DNA of 24,000 nt from NCBI GenBank assembly GCA_025061115.1, contig JANZKC010000003.1:21678-45677 (forward strand). The letters run 5' to 3'. The stretch's first letter is position 1. Every line of letters begins with the position of its first letter. The position numbers and the translations under genes were made by a program. The notes under the pieces are model-generated. The model was given only the letters and a program-made list of their open reading frames with translations. It was not told the origin of the DNA and ran no database searches. Positions 1-8,044 of the stretch are shown here, piece by piece. Source of the DNA: Candidatus Culexmicrobium cathedralense (lineage in GTDB: Archaea; Thermoproteota; Methanomethylicia; Culexarchaeales; Culexmicrobiaceae).

Positions 1-452
1 CCTACTGTCATTATTGTGCCTGAAATTGCAGTTCCAACTGCAAGGCCATCCCAGTTGTTCTTTGCAACTGCTGTTGAGCCTAAAGCTGCAACTAGGAATG
101 GCACCTTTAGAGGTATTCCTCCTATCTTTGTTGTTACGTCTACGTTTGGAAATATTGCTACATCGGAGTCTTCAGCTATTCCCTTAGCGCCTCTCACTTC
201 AGCTTGAATGTTGAAGTGCGACCAGTCTAGGCCGTAGTTCTTGTTTGATGCTGCGGTGCTCCAGCCGAACCAGTCTGGTGAGGGGTAAACGAGTTCTTTA
301 CCCCTGATTGCTGACATGCCAACTTCGCATGGGAATGGGCAGTCCTTAATGCATAGTGGGCATAAGCCGCTGAAGGGACTTACTTCAGCTAGTGGTACTC
401 TAGTTGATGTTTCATTTGTAGGTTTTCTATTTCCATATCTTTCAGATAGCAT
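1..452 (-). CDS. FMN-dependent TIM-barrel oxidoreductase, glutamate-synthase (GltB FMN domain)-like; N-terminal part only, 3' end lies beyond the window start
   Basis: Not in the supplied track because it runs off the edge. Reverse-strand ATG at 452 is preceded by GGAGGGTG (rc of 461-468). The frame is open to position 1 and translates as MLSERYGNRKPTNETSTRVPLAEVSPFSGLCPLCIKDCPFPCEVGMSAIRGKELVYPSPDWFGW...GGIPLKVPFLVAALGSTAVAKNNWDGLAVGTAISGTIMTVG. The Cys-rich CPLCxxDCxxPCE segment followed by a P-F-x-x-A-A-x-G-S stretch resembles archaeal glutamate-synthase-related FMN proteins. Family assignment is from memory. Confidence 0.5.
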   Translation of the reverse strand, partial: MLSERYGNRKPTNETSTRVPLAEVSPFSGLCPLCIKDCPFPCEVGMSAIRGKELVYPSPDWFGWSTAASNKNYGLDWSHFNIQAEVRGAKGIAEDSDVAIFPNVDVTTKIGGIPLKVPFLVAALGSTAVAKNNWDGLAVGTAISGTIMTV

Positions 453-668
453 TTAAAATCACCCTCCACACAAAATTCCATTTCATGGGCGTTGAGCAAT
501 AGCGAAAATCTAAATATAAGGTTTACTGAAAAATGTTCATTTAACGTCTCCTAAATATTTCTTTTACTTAACTAATGTGAATCATAGCTTTTTGGCTTAA
601 AAGGTTAAATTGGTTGAAGCTGAAAGATTCATTAGGCTATTTGCGAAACATATGTTGAGAGGATTTGT

Positions 669-2000
669 TTGAAGATGATTGAAGTAGAAGAGGAAATTAT
701 GCTTAGGCTAAGAGGGGGGAAGGTCGCATATCACCTCGTTGATGGTGAAACGATTTTAATTGATGCTGGCTTATATCCATTTGACAAAAGTAAAATTCCG
801 ATTCAATGCAAATTGCCGGAGGAAAAGCTTGAAGAAAAATTTGGGTACACTAGCGGGAATAGGTCCGTGGTGTTTAGATTTGGTGATGGCTGGTTTAAAG
901 CTAAGGCGATAGGTATTCCTTCAGGAGTTTCCCAGCCGATTTATCGTCGAAGAATCGTGCACACATACTACTTGTATAATGCTTTTATTGGGTCTGGAAG
1001 AGTAGTGTGGGGTTTCATGACCATTGGAGAAGCAGAGCGAGAAATATATTGGATGAATAAAGCTTGGGAGCTTGATTTACCAGCAACTCGTCCAATTGGA
1101 ATTGGAGTTTATCCTAAAGTGAAAATTCTTGAGTTTCCAAATAGGCATGCTTTATTCAACTTCCTAAGGGCAAAGAGCCGAGATGAAGTTTTGAACTTAT
1201 TTGAATGCGATGGTAAAAATGCTGGTGCGGCCTGCCTTTTTAGCCTTGAACCAGGCGATGTCAGAGCCGACGAAATTCTATATGGCCTTTTATTTCCAAG
1301 AATTGATGAGCTCATGGATTTAGAGGAATGCAAGGCATATTTGAGGTGGCTAGGGTCTTCTTGCGCTTACAATTTAAGGCTGCATCATAATAGTGGAATT
1401 TTGCATGGTACTATACGTAGAGAGGATGGGTTAATGACTAACTCTCACTTAGCAAATCACATTGTTGGTTTTGAAAAAACTTGGGTTACCGATTATCACA
1501 TGGCTTCAGAAATTAGAAGTAGGGCTGAAGAGAAGCTTAAGTTAGAGGAGTACTACTGCTTATGGCATGTAATGAATCCGCTTCCAGCAGCTAGTTTACT
1601 GGTCAGGGCAAGAAGAAGGAGAATATCTCTTCTCGAATTACCTCAAATCCAGTTTGAAGTAGCGCCTTACAAGAGCTTTTATGTGTGGGAGAACATCATG
1701 AAGATTCACGCTGGATTATATTCTCCTGCAAGCATTTATGAAGAGCTAACTGCATCATTAATTGACGGAATGGAGTATGGGTATAATAGGGGTAAAGTGC
1801 TTGAGGTTGAGCGGAAGTTAAAAAGGAAAATGCTAATTAATCTATCTATTCTTAAGGAGGAGCTCTGGAACCTTTATGGCTTGCCGAAGGGAATGCAGCG
1901 GGGAGTTGAAGTTTTGCGCAACTTGATGAGGGTGAAAAAGCTGGATGAAGATTACCTGAATCGAAAAATTTTGGAGTTGAAAGAGATACTGTGCGTCTAG
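669..2000 (+). CDS. hypothetical protein, possible atypical protein-kinase-like (RIO/Kdo-kinase-like) fold with a helical C-terminal region
   Basis: 443-aa ORF starting at TTG 669 or ATG 675 after GAGAGGA. By-eye kinase-like order of motifs: GYTSGNRSVVFRF (Gly-rich loop), WFKAKAIG (beta3 Lys), GEAEREIYWMNKAWELDLPATRPIG (alphaC Glu plus P-x-P turn), LHGT...NSHLANHIV...VTDYH (catalytic-loop and DFG-like region with the canonical Asp not conserved). The last ~130 aa are Lys/Glu/Leu-rich and helical. Confidence 0.65.
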   Translation: MKMIEVEEEIMLRLRGGKVAYHLVDGETILIDAGLYPFDKSKIPIQCKLPEEKLEEKFGYTSGNRSVVFRFGDGWFKAKAIGIPSGVSQPIYRRRIVHTYYLYNAFIGSGRVVWGFMTIGEAEREIYWMNKAWELDLPATRPIGIGVYPKVKILEFPNRHALFNFLRAKSRDEVLNLFECDGKNAGAACLFSLEPGDVRADEILYGLLFPRIDELMDLEECKAYLRWLGSSCAYNLRLHHNSGILHGTIRREDGLMTNSHLANHIVGFEKTWVTDYHMASEIRSRAEEKLKLEEYYCLWHVMNPLPAASLLVRARRRRISLLELPQIQFEVAPYKSFYVWENIMKIHAGLYSPASIYEELTASLIDGMEYGYNRGKVLEVERKLKRKMLINLSILKEELWNLYGLPKGMQRGVEVLRNLMRVKKLDEDYLNRKILELKEILCV

Positions 2001-3364
2001 CGTAGCATGTCAGCTTCGACTTCTGTGAGAACTTCCTCGATGATGTCTATTGCTTTGTCCATTAGTTCCCTAGTTATGGTTAGTGGTGGAGCAATTCTAA
2101 TCGTAGATTTGCCTGCACCTATCACTGCAATGCCTCGTTTAAAGCAGCGTATCAGCGTCTCAGAAAGCTCTTTAACTGCGGGCTCCTTGGTTTCCTTATT
2201 GCGGACTAACTCTACTCCAATCATTAATCCCTTACCTCTAACGTCGCCTATGATTTCCATTTTCTCCTGCATTTCCTTGAACCGCTTAATCGTATACTCT
2301 CCAATTTTAGTTGCATTTTCGAGCAGATTTTCCTCTTTAATTATTTCTATAACTACGTTGGCGGCAGCGCATGAAACTGGATTTCCTCCAAATGTTGATG
2401 CGTGGCTTCCCTTCGGCAGGTTCATTATCTCTTCTCTGCCGATTATTGCTCCAAGAGGCATTCCTGCAGCGATGCCCTTGGCAACTGTAATTAAGTCTGG
2501 AGCTACATTCCAGTGTTCGATTGCAAACCACTTTCCAGTTCTTCCCATGCCTGCTTGAACTTCATCTGAAATCATTAAAATGCCGTATTTTTCGCATAGC
2601 TTCTTTATTTTTAGCCAGTAGTTCGGCGGAGGAACCACGTATCCTCCCTCTCCTTGAATTGGCTCGAAAATTATGCATGCAGTTTCATCTGGTGGAACGT
2701 ACTTTTTGAAGTAATATTCCTCTATGAAGTCTACGCACCAGTATCCGCAGTCAGGGTATTCCTGCTTCCAAGGGCACCTGTAGCAGTATGGGTATGGGAC
2801 ATGCTCGACGCATGGCAGAAGTGGTGAAAACCACTTTCTCTGAACAGGTTTGCTTGAAGTTAGAGCCATCGCTCCGAAGAGCCTTCCATGGAACGAACCT
2901 ATGTACGCTATTATGTAGGGCCTAGATCCTTTAAAGTACGCCCTTGCAGCTTTTATGGAACCTTCAACTGCTTCAGCTCCGCTATTGCAGAAGAAAACCT
3001 TTTTCTTGAATTTTCCTGGAACTATCTCTACGATTTTTTTGGCTAAAGCTACTGCCGATTCATAGTAGAAGTCGGTTAATGAGTAGTGGAGAAGCTTTTC
3101 GCACTGCTTCATAATTGCTTCAATAACTTTTGGATGCCTATGCCCAACAGAAATGACTGCAATTCCAGCATTTAAGTCAATATATTTATTTCCATCAACG
3201 TCAATTAGTATGCAATCTTCGGCTCTATCCACGACGAGTGGATACCACCTTACAAATGACTGCATCAAGTATTCAGAATCTTCCTCTAGTAGCTTCTTTG
3301 CTTTAGGTCCTGGAGGAGTTACGATGATTTTTGGAATATCGTCTAATTTCATGTTTATCCCCAT
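1997..3364 (-). CDS. class-III PLP-dependent aminotransferase family enzyme (GABA-AT/ornithine-AT-like; could be a transaminase or a racemase)
   Basis: 455-aa ORF with family hallmarks: FFCNSGAEAVEGSIKAAR, FHGR, EPIQGEGGY, ISDEVQAGMGRTGKWFA, TVAKGIAAGMPLGA (Schiff-base Lys), STFGGNPVS. It also has the Cys/aromatic-rich insert YPYCYRCPWKQEYPDCGYWC seen in archaeal members. Start could be ATG 3364 or ATG 3352. Lies 31 nt downstream of the amidohydrolase gene. Confidence 0.9.
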   Translation of the reverse strand: MGINMKLDDIPKIIVTPPGPKAKKLLEEDSEYLMQSFVRWYPLVVDRAEDCILIDVDGNKYIDLNAGIAVISVGHRHPKVIEAIMKQCEKLLHYSLTDFYYESAVALAKKIVEIVPGKFKKKVFFCNSGAEAVEGSIKAARAYFKGSRPYIIAYIGSFHGRLFGAMALTSSKPVQRKWFSPLLPCVEHVPYPYCYRCPWKQEYPDCGYWCVDFIEEYYFKKYVPPDETACIIFEPIQGEGGYVVPPPNYWLKIKKLCEKYGILMISDEVQAGMGRTGKWFAIEHWNVAPDLITVAKGIAAGMPLGAIIGREEIMNLPKGSHASTFGGNPVSCAAANVVIEIIKEENLLENATKIGEYTIKRFKEMQEKMEIIGDVRGKGLMIGVELVRNKETKEPAVKELSETLIRCFKRGIAVIGAGKSTIRIAPPLTITRELMDKAIDIIEEVLTEVEADMLR

Positions 3365-3395
3365 TCATCAAATTAAGAAACAAAGTATAAAAGGT

Positions 3396-5006
3396 TTAAG
3401 AGGTTGCAGAATATACGATAGCTCCATTAACGATTGTCATTATAACTTCAATGTCCTTCAACTTTTCAGCTGGAATTTCCGTTGGGTCATCTGATAATAC
3501 GACTATGTCTGCAACTTTCCCCACTTTAATTGAGCCCTTTATATCTTCTTCGAAACCTAAGTAAGCCGCGTCCAAAGTAAACATTCTTATTGCTTCTAGT
3601 GGAGTTAAGCACTCGTTGGCGGTGTATTCATACAATTTTATTTTTTCGAATTTGCCTCTTGTAACTGCGGAGTATATTTGGTAGATTGGGTCGAGTGGAT
3701 CTACTGGGCAGTCTGATCCACCTCCAATTCTAACTCCACTTTTCATCATTGACTTGAATGGGTATACCCACTTAGCTCTCCTTGGACCTACCCTGTCCAC
3801 CGACCAAAAGTCTGAAATTATAAATCGAGGCTGGACGGAAGCAACCATTCCAAGTTCGCTCATTCGCTTAATGAGATCTTCTCTAATTACCGATGCATGT
3901 TCAATTCTATGCCTATGGTCTAAACGTGGATTTTTCTTGATTGCTGCTTCCACAGCGTTTATAGCCATCTCTATCGCTCTATCCCCGATAGCGTGAATTG
4001 CTAGTTGTAATCCTGCTTCATGGGCTTTCTCGACTATTGCCGCAAGCTTCTGGTATGGTAGCACTACTATTCCCATGTTATTTGGATTTACGGGATCATC
4101 GGCGTATGGCTCGCTTAATGCAGCTGTTCTCGCTCCTAGGGATCCATCAACGAGTAGTTTTACTCCATTGATTTTGAGGTTATCATCTCCAAATCCTCGC
4201 ATAACTCCAAGTTTAGTTAAGTGTTCTAAGCAGTCTGATTTAATGTATAGGCAGACTTTAAGTGGAAGTTTATCCATTTTCTTTAAAATTTGAAGCAGCC
4301 TAAATTCTTCTGGTGTTGCAGATACAAAGTGCACTGTTGTGATTCCATGCTTCACAGCTTCTTTACAAGCTTTTTCTGCTGCTTCTAAAGATTCCTCTAA
4401 AGTTGGTTTTGGAATTTTCTCCCATACAAACTGCATTGCCTTTTCTCTCAAAATCCCGGTTGGCTCGCCACTTTCATTCCTGTCTATTTTGCCTCCTTCA
4501 GGATCCGGTGTATCTTTCGTTATACCTGCTATTTCCAATGCCTTTGAGTTTACCACGCATATATGGCCGCAAACTCGTCTTAACATCACTGGATTTTCCG
4601 GAGAAACTTCGTCCAAATCCCATCTCGTAGGGTATCGGCCTTCAATAAATTTATCTTGGTCCCAGCCTCTACCAAGAATCCACCTTCCTTTCGGCGTAAC
4701 TTCAACTTTTGATTTAACTTTACTCTTAATGTCTTCGATTGACGTTGCATCTCTTAAGTCGATCCACATTAATGAAAAGCCGAAGCCTATCAGGTGTATG
4801 TGCGTGTCGATGAAGCCTGGAACAACTGTTTTACCTTTGACATCAATTACTTTAGTATTTCCGCCGATAAGTTCTTCAACATCCTTGTTTGATCCTACAT
4901 AAATTATCTTTTTATCTTTAATTGCAATTGCTTCTGCTTTAGGTTTTTCCTCATCCATCGTTATTACATTCGCATTTAGTATAACTAGGTCTGCAAATAA
5001 ATTCAC
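3396..5006 (-). CDS. metal-dependent amidohydrolase, Amidohydro_3 / YtcJ-like family
   Basis: 536-aa ORF with GTG start at 5006, 7 nt after GGAGGTG (rc of 5014-5020). Motifs: VVPGFIDTHIHL (HxH metal site), HAIGDRA, RIEHA, GGSDCPV, and a C-terminal composite beta-domain ADIVVLSDDP...IVNG. Confidence 0.9.
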   Translation of the reverse strand: MNLFADLVILNANVITMDEEKPKAEAIAIKDKKIIYVGSNKDVEELIGGNTKVIDVKGKTVVPGFIDTHIHLIGFGFSLMWIDLRDATSIEDIKSKVKSKVEVTPKGRWILGRGWDQDKFIEGRYPTRWDLDEVSPENPVMLRRVCGHICVVNSKALEIAGITKDTPDPEGGKIDRNESGEPTGILREKAMQFVWEKIPKPTLEESLEAAEKACKEAVKHGITTVHFVSATPEEFRLLQILKKMDKLPLKVCLYIKSDCLEHLTKLGVMRGFGDDNLKINGVKLLVDGSLGARTAALSEPYADDPVNPNNMGIVVLPYQKLAAIVEKAHEAGLQLAIHAIGDRAIEMAINAVEAAIKKNPRLDHRHRIEHASVIREDLIKRMSELGMVASVQPRFIISDFWSVDRVGPRRAKWVYPFKSMMKSGVRIGGGSDCPVDPLDPIYQIYSAVTRGKFEKIKLYEYTANECLTPLEAIRMFTLDAAYLGFEEDIKGSIKVGKVADIVVLSDDPTEIPAEKLKDIEVIMTIVNGAIVYSATS

Positions 5007-5097
5007 TAAAACGCACCTCCGAACTAATTTTAATTGATGATAATATAAGAGTTGAGTGTGTCAATTTAAGTGATATTGAGTTGAGAGGGAGGTTCAT

Positions 5098-5958
5098 TTG
5101 AAGTTAGTCATAGACTTTGTCAAATATCAAGGATGTGGAAATGACTTTATAATAATAGATGAACTTGATCATGAAATCGTCCCTGAGGAGCTGAAAGGCG
5201 CAGTCTCAAGAATTATTTGCAAGCGAAGATTTTCAGTAGGTGCAGACGATGTCCTATACTTGCTTCCATCCAATAAAGCTTATGCATGGATGCGTATTTT
5301 CGAACCCGACGGCACCGAAGCAGACATGTGTGGAAATGGGATAAGGTGCGCTGCAAGCTACCTTTGTGAAAAGCTTAGGAAAAATAGCGTTCTAATAGAA
5401 ACAAAAGCCGGAGCAAAGTTGATCAAGAAGATAGATGGTTACTTTAAGGTTGATATGGGTAGGCTTCTAAGAAAACTCTATGAGCTCAAGGATTTCGTCA
5501 GCGTTGAGTTTGAGGAGGAAGAGGACCTTATAGGAAGGCGTGTATCATTTCCGTTGGTAGGTGAACTGGAAATTTCAATAGTTAAAGTTGGAGAGCCACA
5601 TGCTGTAATTTTTGTTGAAGATGTTGAAAAGGAGGATATGGAGGAATACGCTAAGGCAATTGCAATGAACAAAAAGTTTTTCCCAAAGGGAATAAGTGTA
5701 AATTTGGTTCAAATTGTCAGTGAAAATACAATAAAAGTTAGAACTTATGAGAGGGGAGTTTGGGGAGAAACTTTAGCTTGTGGAACCGGCTCAACTGCTT
5801 CAGCAGCAGTAGCTTATATCTTGGGTAAAGTTAAGGATAAGAAGATCAAGGTAAAAGTGAGGGGTGGAGAACTAACGATACTTGTGGAAGGGAATGCCTT
5901 ATACTTGATCGGTCCTGCTCAAAAAGTATTTGATGGGAGAATTGAAATAAATGTTTAA
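5098..5958 (+). CDS. dapF: diaminopimelate epimerase
   Basis: 286-aa ORF with TTG start after GAGGGAGG (5085-5092). Motifs: N-terminal YQGCGNDFIIID, and the two catalytic-Cys motifs MCGNGIRC and ACGTGSTASA. Length is typical for DapF. Confidence 0.92.
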   Translation: MKLVIDFVKYQGCGNDFIIIDELDHEIVPEELKGAVSRIICKRRFSVGADDVLYLLPSNKAYAWMRIFEPDGTEADMCGNGIRCAASYLCEKLRKNSVLIETKAGAKLIKKIDGYFKVDMGRLLRKLYELKDFVSVEFEEEEDLIGRRVSFPLVGELEISIVKVGEPHAVIFVEDVEKEDMEEYAKAIAMNKKFFPKGISVNLVQIVSENTIKVRTYERGVWGETLACGTGSTASAAVAYILGKVKDKKIKVKVRGGELTILVEGNALYLIGPAQKVFDGRIEINV

Positions 5959-6342
5959 TTACCAAATTATTCTTTCATGACATCTATAAATAAACTCGTT
6001 AAGGCAATAAAATTTCTTGCTTCAGCAATTGCATCAGAAATAAATGTTGGAAACACTGCTACAGCTCTACATTTAGCTGCGTTAATAGAGTTTACCTTTG
6101 GCTAATGGAGAACGTGTTCATAGAAGATTTTTGAGCTTAACTTATCATATTAATGATGCGTCGTTAACTCCGAGTGCGGTAGTATTGCAGTTCAAGCAAG
6201 TGGAATTGCTTTAAGCCTTAATAGTTCAGCTAAAGTTAAAGTTGCATTTGAAGTAGCTGTCAGTGTTAGCTAAGCAATGTAAATTGGCATAGTAATTGAA
6301 GGAGTAAGAGGGATTGAATGTGCTTCAATAGTTCAGAAAAAC

Positions 6343-6391
6343 TTAGATTAAACCGCAATATTAAGAATGTAAACTGCCAATTTAGATTAAA
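6343..6391 (+). repeat. direct repeat TTAGATTAAA-NN-GCA (6343-6357 and 6382-6396) just upstream of the D-aminoacylase start
   Basis: The two copies are TTAGATTAAACCGCA and TTAGATTAAATTGCA, 39 nt apart. They are flanked by AATGTAAA copies at 6276-6283 and 6366-6373, the inverted pair AAATTGGCA (6281-6289) / TGCCAATTT (6375-6383), and the hairpin ATTGAA-tgtgc-TTCAAT (6313-6329). Confidence 0.4.
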
Positions 6392-6415
6392 TTGCATAAC
6401 TGGAGGTGGCTTAAG

Positions 6416-8044
6416 GTGTATGATCTCGTTATTAAGAATGGGCGTGTAATTGACGGCACCGGCAACCCATGGTTTAAAGCTGACATAGCAGTTAAAGATG
6501 GAAAGGTAGTTGAAATTGGAGAAATACCACAGTCAAAAGCTGATGAAGTTATTGATGCAACTGGCCAAATTGTATGTCCGGGTTTCATAGACATGCACAG
6601 CCACTCAGACCTTTTTCTTCTAATAAATCCAAAGGCTGAAAGCAAAATTAGGCAGGGCGTAACGACCGAGGTTATCGGCAATTGTGGAGCAAGCCTATTC
6701 CCAATATTACCTGGTAAAGTGGAGATTTTCATGAAGCGAGTTGGCGCATTAGCTGAGGAAGTTACTTGGGACTGGCATACGCTTGATGAATATGCCGAGA
6801 AGCTTGAGAATCAGGGGATTTCCGTAAATGTCGTTCCACTTGTTGGTCATGGCACCTTAAGGATCAATGTTATGGAATTTGAGAATAGAGCTCCAACAAA
6901 AAATGAATTGGATGAGATGAAGGCTTTGCTCGAAGACTCTCTTAAAGTTGGAGCTTTCGGCATGTCGACTGGACTGATATACACGCCTGGGTCGTATGCC
7001 AATACTGAAGAGATAATTGAGCTGGCAAAAGTTGCTTCAAGATATGGCGGAATATATGCGTCTCATGTTAGAAGCGAAAGCACGTGGCTTTTAGAAGCAG
7101 TGAGGGAGGCAATTAGAATCGGTAAGGAAGCTGATATTCCAGTTGAAATTTCACATTTAAAGTCAGCTGGAAGGAGGAATTGGGGAAAAGTTAGAGATGC
7201 TTTAAGAATTATTGAAGCTGCTAGGGATGAGGGCGTAGAGGTTACGTGCGACTTTTACCCATATACTGCTGGAAGTACTGGTCTTGCTGCATGTTTACCT
7301 CCTTGGGCTCATGAGGGCGGATTGGAGGAAATGCTAAAAAGGCTCAACGACCCGTCGGCAAGAGCTAAGATGAAGAAAGACATAGAACGGGGATTGCCTG
7401 GGTGGGAAAATCTGGCTGGAACAGCTGGTTGGGACAGCATAGTTGTAGCTTACTGTGAAAAGAATAAGGAGTATGAAGGATTAAGCATAGCTGAAATAGC
7501 AAAGATGAGGGGTGTGGATCCTTTTGATGCTGCATTCGACCTTCTTCTAGAGGAGGAGGGTGTTGTAAGCATTATTTTGCATATGATCTGTGAAGATGAC
7601 ATGCGATACGTCATGAAGCATCAGCTAACGATGGTTGGAACGGACGGCTCATGCTATGCGCCGTACGGGCCATTGGCTAGGGGGAAGCCTCACCCGAGGA
7701 ATTATGGAACGTTTCCAAGAATTTTAGGTAGGTATGTTAGAGATGAGAAAGTGCTTTCACTGCAGGATGCAATTAGGAAGATGACTTCAATGCCTGCGCA
7801 GAAACTTGGATTGAGAGATCGCGGCTTAATTAGAGAGGGATTTTGGGCTGACATAGTGATATTTGACCCGCATAAGGTACTCGATAAAGCTACCTTTAAG
7901 AATCCGCATCAGTATCCTGAGGGAATAACCTATGTCATTGTTAATGGGAAAGTTGCAATAGAAAAAGGGGAGCATACGGGCGTTTTGGCAGGGAAGGTTT
8001 TAAGGAGAGGTTCTCATCGATACTCCGCCAATACCAAGTCGTAA
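6416..8044 (+). CDS. N-acyl-D-amino-acid deacylase (D-aminoacylase) family amidohydrolase
   Basis: The track ORF begins at TTG 6392. GTG 6416 is preferred because GGAGGTG (6402-6408) lies 7 nt upstream and the product then starts MYDLVIKNGRVIDGTGNPWFKADIAVKDGKV. Motifs: PGFIDMHSHSD metal site, SHVRSE, EISHLK, and the C-terminal ADIVIFDP...ATFKNPHQYPEGITYVIVNG typical of this family. Confidence 0.9.
   Translation: MYDLVIKNGRVIDGTGNPWFKADIAVKDGKVVEIGEIPQSKADEVIDATGQIVCPGFIDMHSHSDLFLLINPKAESKIRQGVTTEVIGNCGASLFPILPGKVEIFMKRVGALAEEVTWDWHTLDEYAEKLENQGISVNVVPLVGHGTLRINVMEFENRAPTKNELDEMKALLEDSLKVGAFGMSTGLIYTPGSYANTEEIIELAKVASRYGGIYASHVRSESTWLLEAVREAIRIGKEADIPVEISHLKSAGRRNWGKVRDALRIIEAARDEGVEVTCDFYPYTAGSTGLAACLPPWAHEGGLEEMLKRLNDPSARAKMKKDIERGLPGWENLAGTAGWDSIVVAYCEKNKEYEGLSIAEIAKMRGVDPFDAAFDLLLEEEGVVSIILHMICEDDMRYVMKHQLTMVGTDGSCYAPYGPLARGKPHPRNYGTFPRILGRYVRDEKVLSLQDAIRKMTSMPAQKLGLRDRGLIREGFWADIVIFDPHKVLDKATFKNPHQYPEGITYVIVNGKVAIEKGEHTGVLAGKVLRRGSHRYSANTKS

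Noticed and set aside
16-207. 63-aa plus-strand ORF at the left edge
   Set aside because: It lies antisense inside the much better supported minus-strand glutamate-synthase-like CDS (1-452). The sequence is low-complexity and has no SD.
2007-2709. Plus-strand ORFs (183 aa, 62 aa) and similar antisense ORFs inside other long genes (e.g. 3754-4902, 8279-8671, 11246-12115, 15675-16042, 17113-17940, 21122-21851)
   Set aside because: All are embedded antisense in genes with strong family motifs. Their Ser/Leu/Ile-rich shadow-frame composition is typical of the antisense of AT-rich coding sequence.
5977-6105. 42-aa ORF (MTSINKLVKAIKFLASAIASEINVGNTATALHLAALIEFTFG) in the long dapF/deacylase spacer
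   Set aside because: It has no SD, no recognisable family, and sits among other broken frame fragments. I cannot support it as a gene. It is kept only as part of the spacer finding.
6162-6169. AATGATGC as a C-box of a C/D-box sRNA (and similar TGATG strings in other spacers)
   Set aside because: There is no appropriately spaced CUGA D/D' boxes or terminal stem, so the pattern is incomplete.
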